Part shown: positions 49,120 to 57,987 of the stretch, piece by piece
How the letters are laid out: the number at the start of each line of letters is the position of its first letter
How positions within the stretch are numbered: position 1 is the first letter of the stretch
Assembly (NCBI GenBank): GCA_965215565.1
Contig: CBDCDZ010000004.1
Coordinates: forward strand, 3,264,001-3,328,000
Direction of reading: 5' to 3'
DNA: 64,000 nucleotides
Source: Trueperaceae bacterium
Lineage (GTDB): Bacteria; Deinococcota; Deinococci; Deinococcales; Trueperaceae
Program-made: the position numbers and the translations under genes
The notes under the pieces: model-generated
Seen by the model: the letters and a program-made list of their open reading frames with translations, nothing else
The model's database searches: none
What the model was told of the DNA's origin: nothing

Positions 49120-49204
49120 CTTACCTCTTTTTTGCTGTGAAGTTTTCCACATTGTGGTTGACGCCCTGCAGACGAAATTTAGGGGTAAAAGAGAGAGGGT
49201 ACAC

Positions 49205-49330
49205 ATGAAGAAACTCACAAGCTTAACGCTCGTTTTGATGCTGGCTATCTGCGGTTTTTCTGTGGCGTCTGCGGGTGCTGCATCTTCAGACGGTGAGCCG
49301 TCAACTCAGAAGTACAGAGTCAACCGTTAA
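49205..49330 (+). CDS. 41-aa secreted peptide precursor 2 (paralog of precursor 1)
   Basis: GAGAGGG RBS; MKKLTSLTLVLMLAICGFSVASA-GAASSDGEPSTQKYRVNR*. Confidence 0.85.
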   Translation: MKKLTSLTLVLMLAICGFSVASAGAASSDGEPSTQKYRVNR

Positions 49331-49350
49331 GGCTGTAAGCAACATACTCG

Positions 49351-49383
49351 GGCGTCTCCGCGCAGAAGCGGAGGCGCTTTTTT
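49351..49383 (+). terminator. terminator after peptide 2
   Basis: GGCGTCTCCGC-GCAGAA-GCGGAGGCGCT-TTTTT. Confidence 0.85.
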
Positions 49384-49410
49384 ATGTTCTGTCTAATTCA
49401 TACTCCAAGG

Positions 49411-49839
49411 CTAAAGGTCACGCGCCAAAAAGCGGATTGCCGCTTCGTAACCATGTACCCCTAGCCCTGCAATCGTACCCACACAGACCGCCGAGAGGTA
49501 GCTGTGATGCCTGAAGGCTTCCCTAGCGTAGACGTTGGAAATATGCACCTCGACGACGGGTACGTGAATACCGGAGACCGCGTCGCGTAGCGAGACGGAG
49601 GTGTGGGTTAGACCGCCGGGGTTGATGACGATACCTTTTGCGCCTTCATCCGCAGCCCCGTGAAGCCAGTCGATAAGCTGACCTTCGTAGTTGCTTTGGC
49701 GGCACTGCGCCTCTGTGCCCACCTCAACCGCCCAGCTTTCACACTGGGCTTCTAGGTCGCTAAGGGTTGCCTTGCCATATACGTCAGGCTCGCGTCTGCC
49801 CAAGAGGTTGAGGTTGGGACCGTTGAGGATCAAGATCAT
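49411..49839 (-). CDS. aroQ: type II 3-dehydroquinate dehydratase
   Basis: LNGPNLNLLG.REP..YG, QSN.EG, INPG, EVHISN..RE.FRH. Confidence 0.97.
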   Translation of the reverse strand: MILILNGPNLNLLGRREPDVYGKATLSDLEAQCESWAVEVGTEAQCRQSNYEGQLIDWLHGAADEGAKGIVINPGGLTHTSVSLRDAVSGIHVPVVEVHISNVYAREAFRHHSYLSAVCVGTIAGLGVHGYEAAIRFLARDL

Positions 49840-49842
49840 GGC

Positions 49843-50928
49843 TTACGCCGCCGCTTCTGAAGCAACCTCTTGCAGATAGCGCCAAGCACGCTCCAAGTGC
49901 TCATTCGAGACGTCGCTGACTAGGCGGGGATGGCTGGGGGACTCGAGCAACACCCAGCGCACCTTGTCCGCCTTTTTCTTATCGCGTTCAATGTAAGGAA
50001 GCAGTTCCTCCAAAGAGGTGGCGCTGAAAGGCGCAGGGGAGACCCAGCGCAAGAACGCGCGCGTCTCCTCCAAGCCGCCGTGCCAGCCGCGTAGCTCTGC
50101 GGTTTTAGCGGCGAAGAGGAGCCCATAAGAGACCGCGTCGCCGTGCGTGAGCCCGTGCTCAGAGTGCGCCTCTAAAGCGTGCGCTAAGGTGTGCCCCAGG
50201 TTGAGGTGCGCCCGCACGCCGCCCTCGCGCTCGTCTTGCGCCACGATATTCGCCTTGACCTGCACGGAGCGCCCGATGAGGTCCGCTAGAAAGTCGCTTG
50301 GTCCGTCCCTGTGAAAGGTATCTTTCGACATATCACCGAGGATGCTGGGGTCTGCTAGGAGTCCGTGCTTGAAAAGTTCGACTGCGCCCTGCTTAAATTC
50401 GCGTTCGGGCAGCGTTCGCAAGGTCTCCACATCTATGATGACCTCTTTCGGCTGCCAGAACGCGCCGACTAAGTTCTTGCCTTCCGGCAGATTGATGCCC
50501 GTCTTGCCACCTACGCTAGCGTCCACCATCGCCAAGAGGCTCGTCGGGCAGATGTAAAAGTCAATTCCGCGCATGAACGACGCGGCGACAAAACCCGCGA
50601 GGTCGCTTACGACGCCGCCGCCTAGCGCGAGGACGGCGCTCTGGCGAGTCAGACCGTCCCCTGCCATCTTGCTCAGAAGCTGTCCGAACGTAGTGATGGA
50701 CTTGCTCGCCTCGCCTGGCGGCACGACGTAGCGCTTGACCCTCTTGCCGCAACCTTCTAAACTATGCGCTACCTCTTCAGCGTAGAGGGGTGCGACGTTG
50801 GCGTCGCTGATGAGGGCGACGCTTTGCGCCTTGACGGATTCGGCGGCTTGACTCAATCCCCTGCCGATAGTGACAGGGTAGGAGGGACGCACTTCAACGT
50901 TGACGGTGGCTGCGACGTTACTTGCCAT
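49843..50928 (-). CDS. aroB: 3-dehydroquinate synthase
   Basis: GE.SK, LGGGVVSD, PTSLLAMVDASVGGKTGIN, LNLGHT.AHA.E. Confidence 0.96.
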   Translation of the reverse strand: MASNVAATVNVEVRPSYPVTIGRGLSQAAESVKAQSVALISDANVAPLYAEEVAHSLEGCGKRVKRYVVPPGEASKSITTFGQLLSKMAGDGLTRQSAVLALGGGVVSDLAGFVAASFMRGIDFYICPTSLLAMVDASVGGKTGINLPEGKNLVGAFWQPKEVIIDVETLRTLPEREFKQGAVELFKHGLLADPSILGDMSKDTFHRDGPSDFLADLIGRSVQVKANIVAQDEREGGVRAHLNLGHTLAHALEAHSEHGLTHGDAVSYGLLFAAKTAELRGWHGGLEETRAFLRWVSPAPFSATSLEELLPYIERDKKKADKVRWVLLESPSHPRLVSDVSNEHLERAWRYLQEVASEAAA

Positions 50929-51505
50929 AGCTACCACGTTGCGTGTGCGCCTCATGCGTCCAAAGCCTATTCACAATCTCCTCAATGACGTCTTCGGAGT
51001 GACGACCGTCGGTGGAGACTTGGAGCGAGCCCGCGTCGTCGTAGGCGGCTTGGCGGGCGCTCATCAGCTCGCGGATGCGCCCCTGAGGGTTGCCGATCTC
51101 CAGGAGGGGGCGTTTGTGGCGGCGCGTGCGCTTGTAGATGGTCTCGGGGCTCGCAGTGAGCACGATGACCGGACCCCGGCTTTTGAGCATCCGCCTGTTC
51201 TCAGCGCGCATGACGGTGCCGCCGCCCGTTGAGATGACGACGTCGTCTAAGCGCAAGCAGCGGCGCACGATTTCGGTCTCGTACTCGCGGAAGACTGCCT
51301 CGCCGTACAGCTCGAAGATGTCGGGAATGCGCATACAACTGACGCGCTCGATGACCCTGTCGGTGTCGATAAAGTTTAGGCTCAAGCGCCTCGAGAGCTC
51401 CCATCCGATGCGGCTCTTGCCCGTTCCCATAAAGCCTGCCAAGGCGATCCAGGTGGCGGGGCGCTCCAGCATATGAGGTCTTGACATAAGTGTTGCCGTC
51501 GACAT
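50918..51505 (-). CDS. aroK: shikimate kinase
   Basis: GFMGTGKS, IDTD, FREYE, STGGG, RPLL. Confidence 0.95.
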   Translation of the reverse strand: MSTATLMSRPHMLERPATWIALAGFMGTGKSRIGWELSRRLSLNFIDTDRVIERVSCMRIPDIFELYGEAVFREYETEIVRRCLRLDDVVISTGGGTVMRAENRRMLKSRGPVIVLTASPETIYKRTRRHKRPLLEIGNPQGRIRELMSARQAAYDDAGSLQVSTDGRHSEDVIEEIVNRLWTHEAHTQRGSYGK

Positions 51506-51512
51506 CGCGACG

Positions 51513-52667
51513 TCAAAACGCTTTTACGTAGTCGCGGTGCGCACGGGTGCGCTCGGTAATTTCACTCACCGTATCCGCGCCGAATTTCTCCATGAGCGCG
51601 TCCGCGAGCACGAGGGCGCTCATCGCTAAGAGAACGATAGAGGCGGCGGGCACGGCGGTCGTGTCCGAGCGCTCTCTAGCGGCGTCGGCTTTCTCGTGCG
51701 TGACGACGTCTACAGTGGGCAAGGGCTTCATCAGCGTGGCGATGGGCTTCATCGCGGCGCGTACGATGAGGTCTTCGCCGTTCGTGATGCCCGCCTCCAA
51801 GCCGCCTGAGCGGTTCGTCTTGCGCTCATAGCCGCCCTCTTCGCGGTAGATGGCGTCGTGAACCTGGCTACCGGGCACCGTCGCGTTGCGCCAGCCGTCA
51901 CCAATTTCGACACCCTTCATCGCCTGGATGCTCATGGCGGCTTGCGCCAAGCGCCCGTCCAGCTTGCGGTCCCACTGCGTGTGGCTGCCGAGCCCGACAG
52001 GAAGCCCCCTAAAACGCGCCTCGATAATGCCGCCTAACGTATCGCCATTTTTCTTGGCGTCGTCGATGCGGCGGATGACCTCTTCCTCCGCCGCTTTATC
52101 AAACGCGCGAATCGGGCTCTCATCGAGCGCGTCTAGGTTGTCCCAGTCCATGCCGCCGTCACAAGGAACACCCGCTAAGCTCACGACTCTCGCGCAGCCC
52201 TGTACGCCCGCTGTCTCCAGTAGGCGCAGCGCCACCGCGCCCGCCGCGACGCGGCTCGCCGTCTCGCGCGCAGAGGCGCGTTCTAAGACGTCGCGCAGGT
52301 CCTTATGACCGTACTTGATGCCACCTGCTAAGTCGGCGTGTCCAGGACGCGCCTCGGTGAGCGCCTTCTTGCGCGGCTCGTTGCCCGGCTCGGCGCTCAT
52401 GATCTCCTGCCAGTTGCGCCAGTCGCGGTTCTCGATCTGGAGCGAAAGGGGTGCGCCCGTGGTGCGTCCCGCGCGTACGCCAGCGAGAATTTTAACGCAG
52501 TCGCTCTCGATGACCATGCGCCTGCCGCGTCCGTACCCGCCCTGACGGCGGCGCAACCAAGGGTCGATGTGTTCGCCTGCGACGAGTTCCAAGCCAGCCG
52601 GTACGCCGTCTAGGAGGATAGAGAGGGCAGGTCCGTGTGATTCGCCTGCGGATAAAAACCTAATCAT
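51513..52667 (-). CDS. aroC: chorismate synthase
   Basis: AGESHG, RRQGGYGRG.RM, RPGHADL, ERASARET, MKPI.TL. Confidence 0.97.
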   Translation of the reverse strand: MIRFLSAGESHGPALSILLDGVPAGLELVAGEHIDPWLRRRQGGYGRGRRMVIESDCVKILAGVRAGRTTGAPLSLQIENRDWRNWQEIMSAEPGNEPRKKALTEARPGHADLAGGIKYGHKDLRDVLERASARETASRVAAGAVALRLLETAGVQGCARVVSLAGVPCDGGMDWDNLDALDESPIRAFDKAAEEEVIRRIDDAKKNGDTLGGIIEARFRGLPVGLGSHTQWDRKLDGRLAQAAMSIQAMKGVEIGDGWRNATVPGSQVHDAIYREEGGYERKTNRSGGLEAGITNGEDLIVRAAMKPIATLMKPLPTVDVVTHEKADAARERSDTTAVPAASIVLLAMSALVLADALMEKFGADTVSEITERTRAHRDYVKAF

Positions 52668-52783
52668 TTATATAGCCTAGCACGTTGCGGGTAGAGCCAG
52701 AAGAAAGCTCACCACTTAGGACCGCAGCGTTGGCTGAGCACGACGCGATGTGTAGAGGTTCACGTGGTGTAAGCGGATAATAG

Positions 52784-52810
52784 AAAACCCCCTCCGGCGA
52801 GGAGGGGGCG
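52784..52810 (-). terminator. terminator after pilQ
   Basis: CCCCCTCC-TCGCC-GGAGGGGG-TTTT on the minus strand. Confidence 0.75.
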
Positions 52811-52829
52811 AATGGAAATTATGGTTGGC

Positions 52830-54326
52830 TTACTCGAGCACGTCCGCCGTTACGATGAGGAGCAGCTCGCTGTTGGTCTCTTCCGTCGTGGTGGTGCTAA
52901 AGACGCTGCCGATGATAGGCAAGCTGCCGAGCAGCGGCACGCGCGAGACGGAGTCGCGCAACTCGTTTTGCAAAAGTCCGCCGAGCACGATAGTTTGACC
53001 GGGGTCGAGCGTCACCTGCGAATTGACGTTGCGCGTCGAGAGGTTGAGGAAGTTCGGGTTTTCCGACTCGGATACGACCGCCTCAACTTTGGCGTCTACG
53101 TTCAGAGTTACGCTGCCGTCGTTGGAAATCTGCGGACTCACTTCGATCTGTACGCCGTAAGGGATTTCGCGTTCGATGTTGGCGTCCACGCCGGGGATCG
53201 TAATGTAGATGGTGCCGCCCGACTGCAGCGTCGCCGTGCCGTTATTTTTCACGGTCAAGTTGCTGTCGTCCACGCGGCGGGCGAGCCCTTGTTGCTCCAG
53301 CGTGTCGAGCGTCGCGCCCAAGTTGAGACCCGTAATGGCTTTTTGCGCGTCGAACACGAAGCTGAGACCGGTGTCGAGTAGCGTGGTCGTGAATTTGCCG
53401 AGTTCGGCGCTCAAGTTGATGCCTAAGTCCTGCGCGGCGTTGCTGGTGATCTCTTGGATGCGTACCTGGACGTTGACCTGCTGCTGAGGCTGGTCGAGTT
53501 CGCTGATGATAGAGGCGATCTCACCTTGAACAGTCTCGGGTGCGGTGACGACGAGGCGGTTTGTACGGGTGTCTGCAGCGATGTTGATGTCGCTCGAACG
53601 AACAATCGTATTGGTCTGCGTGTCGGTGTTCTGGTTGCCTGCCGCGTCGAAGGAATTACCTTCCATCGTCACGGTCTCCTCTTCGTCGCCCACGACTGTC
53701 TCCTCGAGCACCTCTTTAAGCTCGTCGGCTTTGGCGTAGGAGAGCGCGTAGGCGCGCCTAACTGAGCGAGCCGCCTCAGGATCGAAGCGCCGTAATACAT
53801 CCGCGACGACCTCTTGTTGCGCTTCGGTGGCGCGCACCGAGAGAAGTCCGGTCTCGTCAAAGGCGCTGACGCTCACCTCGTCGCGCGGGGTGAACTGGCT
53901 GTCCAAGACGTCTTTGAGCTGGCTGGGCGTGTTGGTCACCGGATAGATGCGAACGACGACGGGCGCAGACGTTTGAGCGGGGCGCAAGCTCGCGAGCGAT
54001 TCAGGCGTGCCAACGACGACGATGTCGTTCTCCAAGAGCACGTAGTCGAGGTTGTTGAGCGTCAAAATGAGGCTCCACACCTGTCTAAAGGGCTTGGGCG
54101 TGCCGATGTCGTACGTGATGGTCTTGTCGGGTACGTCGTCCACGAGCGCGGTCAGCTCGACGGAGCGGGCAAGAGCGCTGATCATCATGCGCAGCGACTC
54201 GCCGCCGTTCGTCGTCTGAAATTCAACCGGCTGGTTGAACCGGCTGCTCTCCGGGAGAGGCGTCACCTGCGCGCTGGCTACCGAAAGCGCCAAGCCGAGG
54301 AGGAGGGTTAAGAGGATACGTTTCAT
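52830..54326 (-). CDS. pilQ: type IV pilus / competence secretin
   Basis: Signal peptide, N3-like domains (DTRTNRLVV), QVNVQVRIQE, VPLLGSLPIIG secretin motif. Confidence 0.9.
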   Translation of the reverse strand: MKRILLTLLLGLALSVASAQVTPLPESSRFNQPVEFQTTNGGESLRMMISALARSVELTALVDDVPDKTITYDIGTPKPFRQVWSLILTLNNLDYVLLENDIVVVGTPESLASLRPAQTSAPVVVRIYPVTNTPSQLKDVLDSQFTPRDEVSVSAFDETGLLSVRATEAQQEVVADVLRRFDPEAARSVRRAYALSYAKADELKEVLEETVVGDEEETVTMEGNSFDAAGNQNTDTQTNTIVRSSDINIAADTRTNRLVVTAPETVQGEIASIISELDQPQQQVNVQVRIQEITSNAAQDLGINLSAELGKFTTTLLDTGLSFVFDAQKAITGLNLGATLDTLEQQGLARRVDDSNLTVKNNGTATLQSGGTIYITIPGVDANIEREIPYGVQIEVSPQISNDGSVTLNVDAKVEAVVSESENPNFLNLSTRNVNSQVTLDPGQTIVLGGLLQNELRDSVSRVPLLGSLPIIGSVFSTTTTEETNSELLLIVTADVLE

Positions 54327-54328
54327 GA

Positions 54329-55279
54329 TCACCGCCTAAGAAGAATCAGGAGTAGAGAGTCGTCGTTTCGGGAGAGTTCGGCGCTCTGACCCGTGAGGTC
54401 AGTGAGCACGATGTCCGTATTGGGCAGCGTTTGCCCGAGGGGAACGAGAAAGGGGGCGGGCGCGTTCGCGGAGCGGAAGATGCCGACGCTGACCGGACCT
54501 AATACCGAGCCCGTGAAGGTGACTTGCTGGTCGCGCAAGTAAAGGCTGAGGTCGCTCGAGCCCGCTGCTAGAGGTAGGGAATTCGCTTCGTTCGCTTCGC
54601 CCTCGCTTTCAGCCACGAGTGGGTTCTGCGTCTTTTGTACGTTCGTCGGTGTGCTGATGGCGCTTCTTAACACATCGGGCGTGCTGGACAAGGTGCTCGT
54701 GGGCAATGAGCGCGGCAAACGTGTTTGACTTACCGCGCTCGTGCCAGGCGTACGCGCGCTAGGGATGGGCGCGCGGCGGCGTGGGGTGGGCGTCGGTGCA
54801 GTAGCTGTTTGAGGCTGCGGTTGCACGGGCACATCCGTGACTCTCTGCGTGTTTTGCTCGGGCGCAGGGTCTGCTTGCGCGACGACGAGCGGTGAGAAGG
54901 GGTTGACCGAGGCGCGTTGTCCGCTGCTCGCCTGTGTGAGGGGCATCTCGCTCTCTTCGACGTCTAACGTCGGCGCAGCTTCCGGTGCTGCCAGGGGCGC
55001 GGTCACGAGGAAGGGAAGCTCTGCCACCTGAAGTTCGCGGGCGATGCGCGGCTCGTTCGTCTCTTCCGCTTGCTCCTCCACTTGGCTCGCCTGCTGGTCC
55101 GCCTGCTCGGGTGCGAGAGGAGCGATTGCGCTCTCAGCCCTGTCGCGGTTGGGGACAGGTGTGCTGACCGCCGTCGGGGTGGACTCGCCCTGCTGCGTGG
55201 AAAAGTGCAGCACAGCGAAGCCGAGCCCTAACACGGCGAAGACGGCGACGAGGATGCGTGCTTCTTTAGATAAGGTCAC
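54329..55279 (-). CDS. Pro/Ala-rich pilus accessory protein (Thermus PilW position)
   Basis: N-terminal TM, LPFLVT and NPFSPL motifs, position between pilO and pilQ. Confidence 0.65.
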   Translation of the reverse strand: MTLSKEARILVAVFAVLGLGFAVLHFSTQQGESTPTAVSTPVPNRDRAESAIAPLAPEQADQQASQVEEQAEETNEPRIARELQVAELPFLVTAPLAAPEAAPTLDVEESEMPLTQASSGQRASVNPFSPLVVAQADPAPEQNTQRVTDVPVQPQPQTATAPTPTPRRRAPIPSARTPGTSAVSQTRLPRSLPTSTLSSTPDVLRSAISTPTNVQKTQNPLVAESEGEANEANSLPLAAGSSDLSLYLRDQQVTFTGSVLGPVSVGIFRSANAPAPFLVPLGQTLPNTDIVLTDLTGQSAELSRNDDSLLLILLRR

Positions 55280-55911
55280 CGTCTCACCTCCGCCCGGTCT
55301 AGCGAGCCACCTAGTTCGTCCACAGGTTCCACATCGTCACCTGTAAAGACGTAAACCGTGAAGTCGTACGTTGCGCTGAGCGGAGGATTCACCGAGTCTT
55401 GATCGTTGACCGAGAGACCGACTTGACGAATTTTCGTAAAGCGCTCGAGCGCCTCTAGCGTCTGCAAGAAGTCCACCGTTTCGACGTACGTGCCTTCCGT
55501 GCCCATGCTGAAGCCGAGCGGACGAACGCCCTGCACGTCTTCGCCGCGCGCGCCGTTACTCTGCAGCGTGTCGAAGGTAACGCCTGCGTCATTCGCCGCC
55601 GTTCTGAGTTGATCGAGCAGTTGCGCCACCTCATTTTCGCGGGGCAGTTGTGCTAAAAAGGCGCGTCTGTCCGCCTCTAACTGTGCTACGGCGGCGCGTA
55701 GTTGGGGTAGGTTGGCCCTAGCCGCTTCGCCGCGCTGAATCTGCGTTTCTAAGCGGCTGATCTCGCTCTCCAATTCGGTGATGCGCTCCTGCGTTGACGT
55801 GTAGGGGTAGAAGTACCAGAACGCGCCGATAAGTGCGGTGAGCACGACGACAGCGAGCGCGATGTCACGCTGGCGCAAGTTGCGCAGTTTGAAGTTTTTA
55901 AGGGCGTTCAC
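55276..55911 (-). CDS. pilO: type IV pilus assembly protein PilO
   Basis: TM + coiled coil, LP...EVAQLL, GTY....FL..LE...R. Confidence 0.88.
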   Translation of the reverse strand: MNALKNFKLRNLRQRDIALAVVVLTALIGAFWYFYPYTSTQERITELESEISRLETQIQRGEAARANLPQLRAAVAQLEADRRAFLAQLPRENEVAQLLDQLRTAANDAGVTFDTLQSNGARGEDVQGVRPLGFSMGTEGTYVETVDFLQTLEALERFTKIRQVGLSVNDQDSVNPPLSATYDFTVYVFTGDDVEPVDELGGSLDRAEVRR

Positions 55912-56573
55912 CGGATCACCTCCGCGCTCGTGTCGCCGTTGTCCTCGTCGCTTGACCCCTCTGGATCGGCTGCGCCGACGGTGAGGCTGAACGAGTAGAG
56001 GCTACTCTCGCTCTCCCTTGCCGCGTCTCTGAAGGACACTCCAAAGCGCGGTGAAGACTGAAGCTGCCGAATGTAATCCGCAAGAATCTCCGCGCTGCCC
56101 GCTGTGCCCTGAATGTCCATCTCGGCGACGACGGAGACGCCTTCGTACGTGCTGTCGCCCGCGAAGCGGTCCTGCGCGCCCTGATCGAGCGCCCGCATGT
56201 CGAGCTGGTTAAACGCGATGCGCGCGTCTAGGCTCCCGCCCTGCGCAGGCAACGTCTCCAACATGCTGAAAAGCTGCTCTGACCAAACGATGCGCCCTTC
56301 TCTGACCGCTCTGGCGATACCGACGAGCTCGTCCAGTTCGCGCTGACGCGCCCGCAGTTCGTTCTGCTCTTCGACGTAGGGGTGCAGCAGCTCGAGCCTC
56401 ACCTCGCGCTCCTCCTTCGTTTCGACGAGCTGCCGCTCGGTCTGCAAGGCGGAGAACTGAAGGATGCCAATCACGCCCAAAACGAGCACCGGGAACGCCA
56501 CGGCGATGAGCCGCCAGTAGCCCGGCTCGCGCCGCCGCTGTAAATTCTTAGGTAAGAGGTTGACGTTAATCAA
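55908..56573 (-). CDS. pilN: type IV pilus assembly protein PilN
   Basis: N-terminal INVNLLP motif, TM, coiled coil. Confidence 0.88.
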   Translation of the reverse strand: MINVNLLPKNLQRRREPGYWRLIAVAFPVLVLGVIGILQFSALQTERQLVETKEEREVRLELLHPYVEEQNELRARQRELDELVGIARAVREGRIVWSEQLFSMLETLPAQGGSLDARIAFNQLDMRALDQGAQDRFAGDSTYEGVSVVAEMDIQGTAGSAEILADYIRQLQSSPRFGVSFRDAARESESSLYSFSLTVGAADPEGSSDEDNGDTSAEVIR

Positions 56574-57753
56574 GACCCTCAACCCCTCTGAGCGCCAAGC
56601 CTATCGGTACGGCGAACTCGGGACCGACGCGGCGCAAGTAGTCCGCTTCGAACCGTCCGCCGCTCGTGTCCACCGTGAGCCAGGGGTCGCCTAACTCGAC
56701 GCGGAAGCCGAGCGCATCGCTGATCGCTTCGGGTAGCCCGCGCAGCTTCGCGCCACCACCCGTGATGAGCATCCGGTGGATGTCCGCGTCGCCCGCTTGA
56801 ACCCGGAAAAACTCCAAGCTGCGGCGAATCTCCGTGGTGAGTTCGACTAAGACGGGGCGGAGCGCTTCGTAGACACGCCCAGGGCTGTACTGCTCGCGTT
56901 TCGCGTCGAAGTTGAGGAGTTCCTCCTCGTCGTCGGTAGGAATCGTCGCGGTGCCGTAGTCCACTTTGATCTCTTCCGCCGAATCGAAGTCGAGCCCGAA
57001 CGCCCGCTGCAGAGCGGCCGTGAAGTCGTCGCCCGAGACGCCGATGTTGCGGTTCATCAGGACGCGCTGACCTCGTACGAGCGTAATGGTAGTACTCGAC
57101 GCCGCAATCTCCAACACGACGCCAATCTCTTCGGCTTCCGTGTAGAAGACGCCCGTGAGGTTCGTTTTATTGAGGTGCTCGCCCAAAAGTGCGCCTTTGA
57201 GTGAGCGCAGCAGCGAGAAGGGGCGCACGTCGACGATGATGGGCTCTAAACCCGCAAGCTTGAGGTACTCGACTTGCTGCGTGACCATGTCGAGCCGCGC
57301 CGCCGAGATAACCACCTCCAACTGCCCGTCGTCGTCGATGTCGGCGGGGTTGTCGAGCACGTAGTAGTCGAGCACAACCTCGTCGATGGGGTAGGGGATG
57401 TAGCGCTCCGCTTCCCACTTGATTGCCTCGTCCAACTCCTGCAAGGACATCTTGGGGACGTGGATATTGCGGGTGATCGCCAGCCGGTTGCTGACCGCCG
57501 CTACAACAAAACGTTTAGTGATGTTCGCCTCTTCGAATAGCGCCTTGATCTCGACGGCAAGACCTTCGGCGTCGAGCACCTGATCGTCTTGGATGAGACC
57601 GGGGGGCATCGGACGGATCGCCAGCGACTGGAGGACGGGAGGGGTACCGGCACGCAACTCAACAACCTTGAGAGCGCTGGTTCCAACCTCGAGCCCAACC
57701 GCTTCGATCCGTGGATTAAAGAGGCGCGAGACCGATTCGCGCAGTGAAGCCAT
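56566..57753 (-). CDS. pilM: type IV pilus assembly protein PilM
   Basis: GLEVG...LKVV, EAERYIPYP..EVVLDY, ITGGGAKL.GL, IGLALRG actin-like motifs. Confidence 0.95.
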   Translation of the reverse strand: MASLRESVSRLFNPRIEAVGLEVGTSALKVVELRAGTPPVLQSLAIRPMPPGLIQDDQVLDAEGLAVEIKALFEEANITKRFVVAAVSNRLAITRNIHVPKMSLQELDEAIKWEAERYIPYPIDEVVLDYYVLDNPADIDDDGQLEVVISAARLDMVTQQVEYLKLAGLEPIIVDVRPFSLLRSLKGALLGEHLNKTNLTGVFYTEAEEIGVVLEIAASSTTITLVRGQRVLMNRNIGVSGDDFTAALQRAFGLDFDSAEEIKVDYGTATIPTDDEEELLNFDAKREQYSPGRVYEALRPVLVELTTEIRRSLEFFRVQAGDADIHRMLITGGGAKLRGLPEAISDALGFRVELGDPWLTVDTSGGRFEADYLRRVGPEFAVPIGLALRGVEGLD

Positions 57754-57939
57754 AGTGTTCCCTCCTTGAGAACTTAGGGAACTTTAGCAACGGCTCTAGA
57801 CTCCAAGGGTAAAGTTTTTCCCGCATAGAGGAGGAAGTGTTATTTCTTACTAGAAACGCGCATCACGGGGTGTCAGCAGACACAAGGGGTGTCTTACAGA
57901 ATTCTTAGTTGAGGAAATTTCATCCTGCCGTTCAACGAG

Positions 57940-57965
57940 AAAGCCGCGCAACTTATGCGCGGCTT
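57940..57965 (-). terminator. terminator after ftsH
   Basis: AAGCCGCGCA-TAAGT-TGCGCGGCTT-TCTC on the minus strand. Confidence 0.7.
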
Positions 57966-57987
57966 AACACTCAAATTTCAGAGAGAA

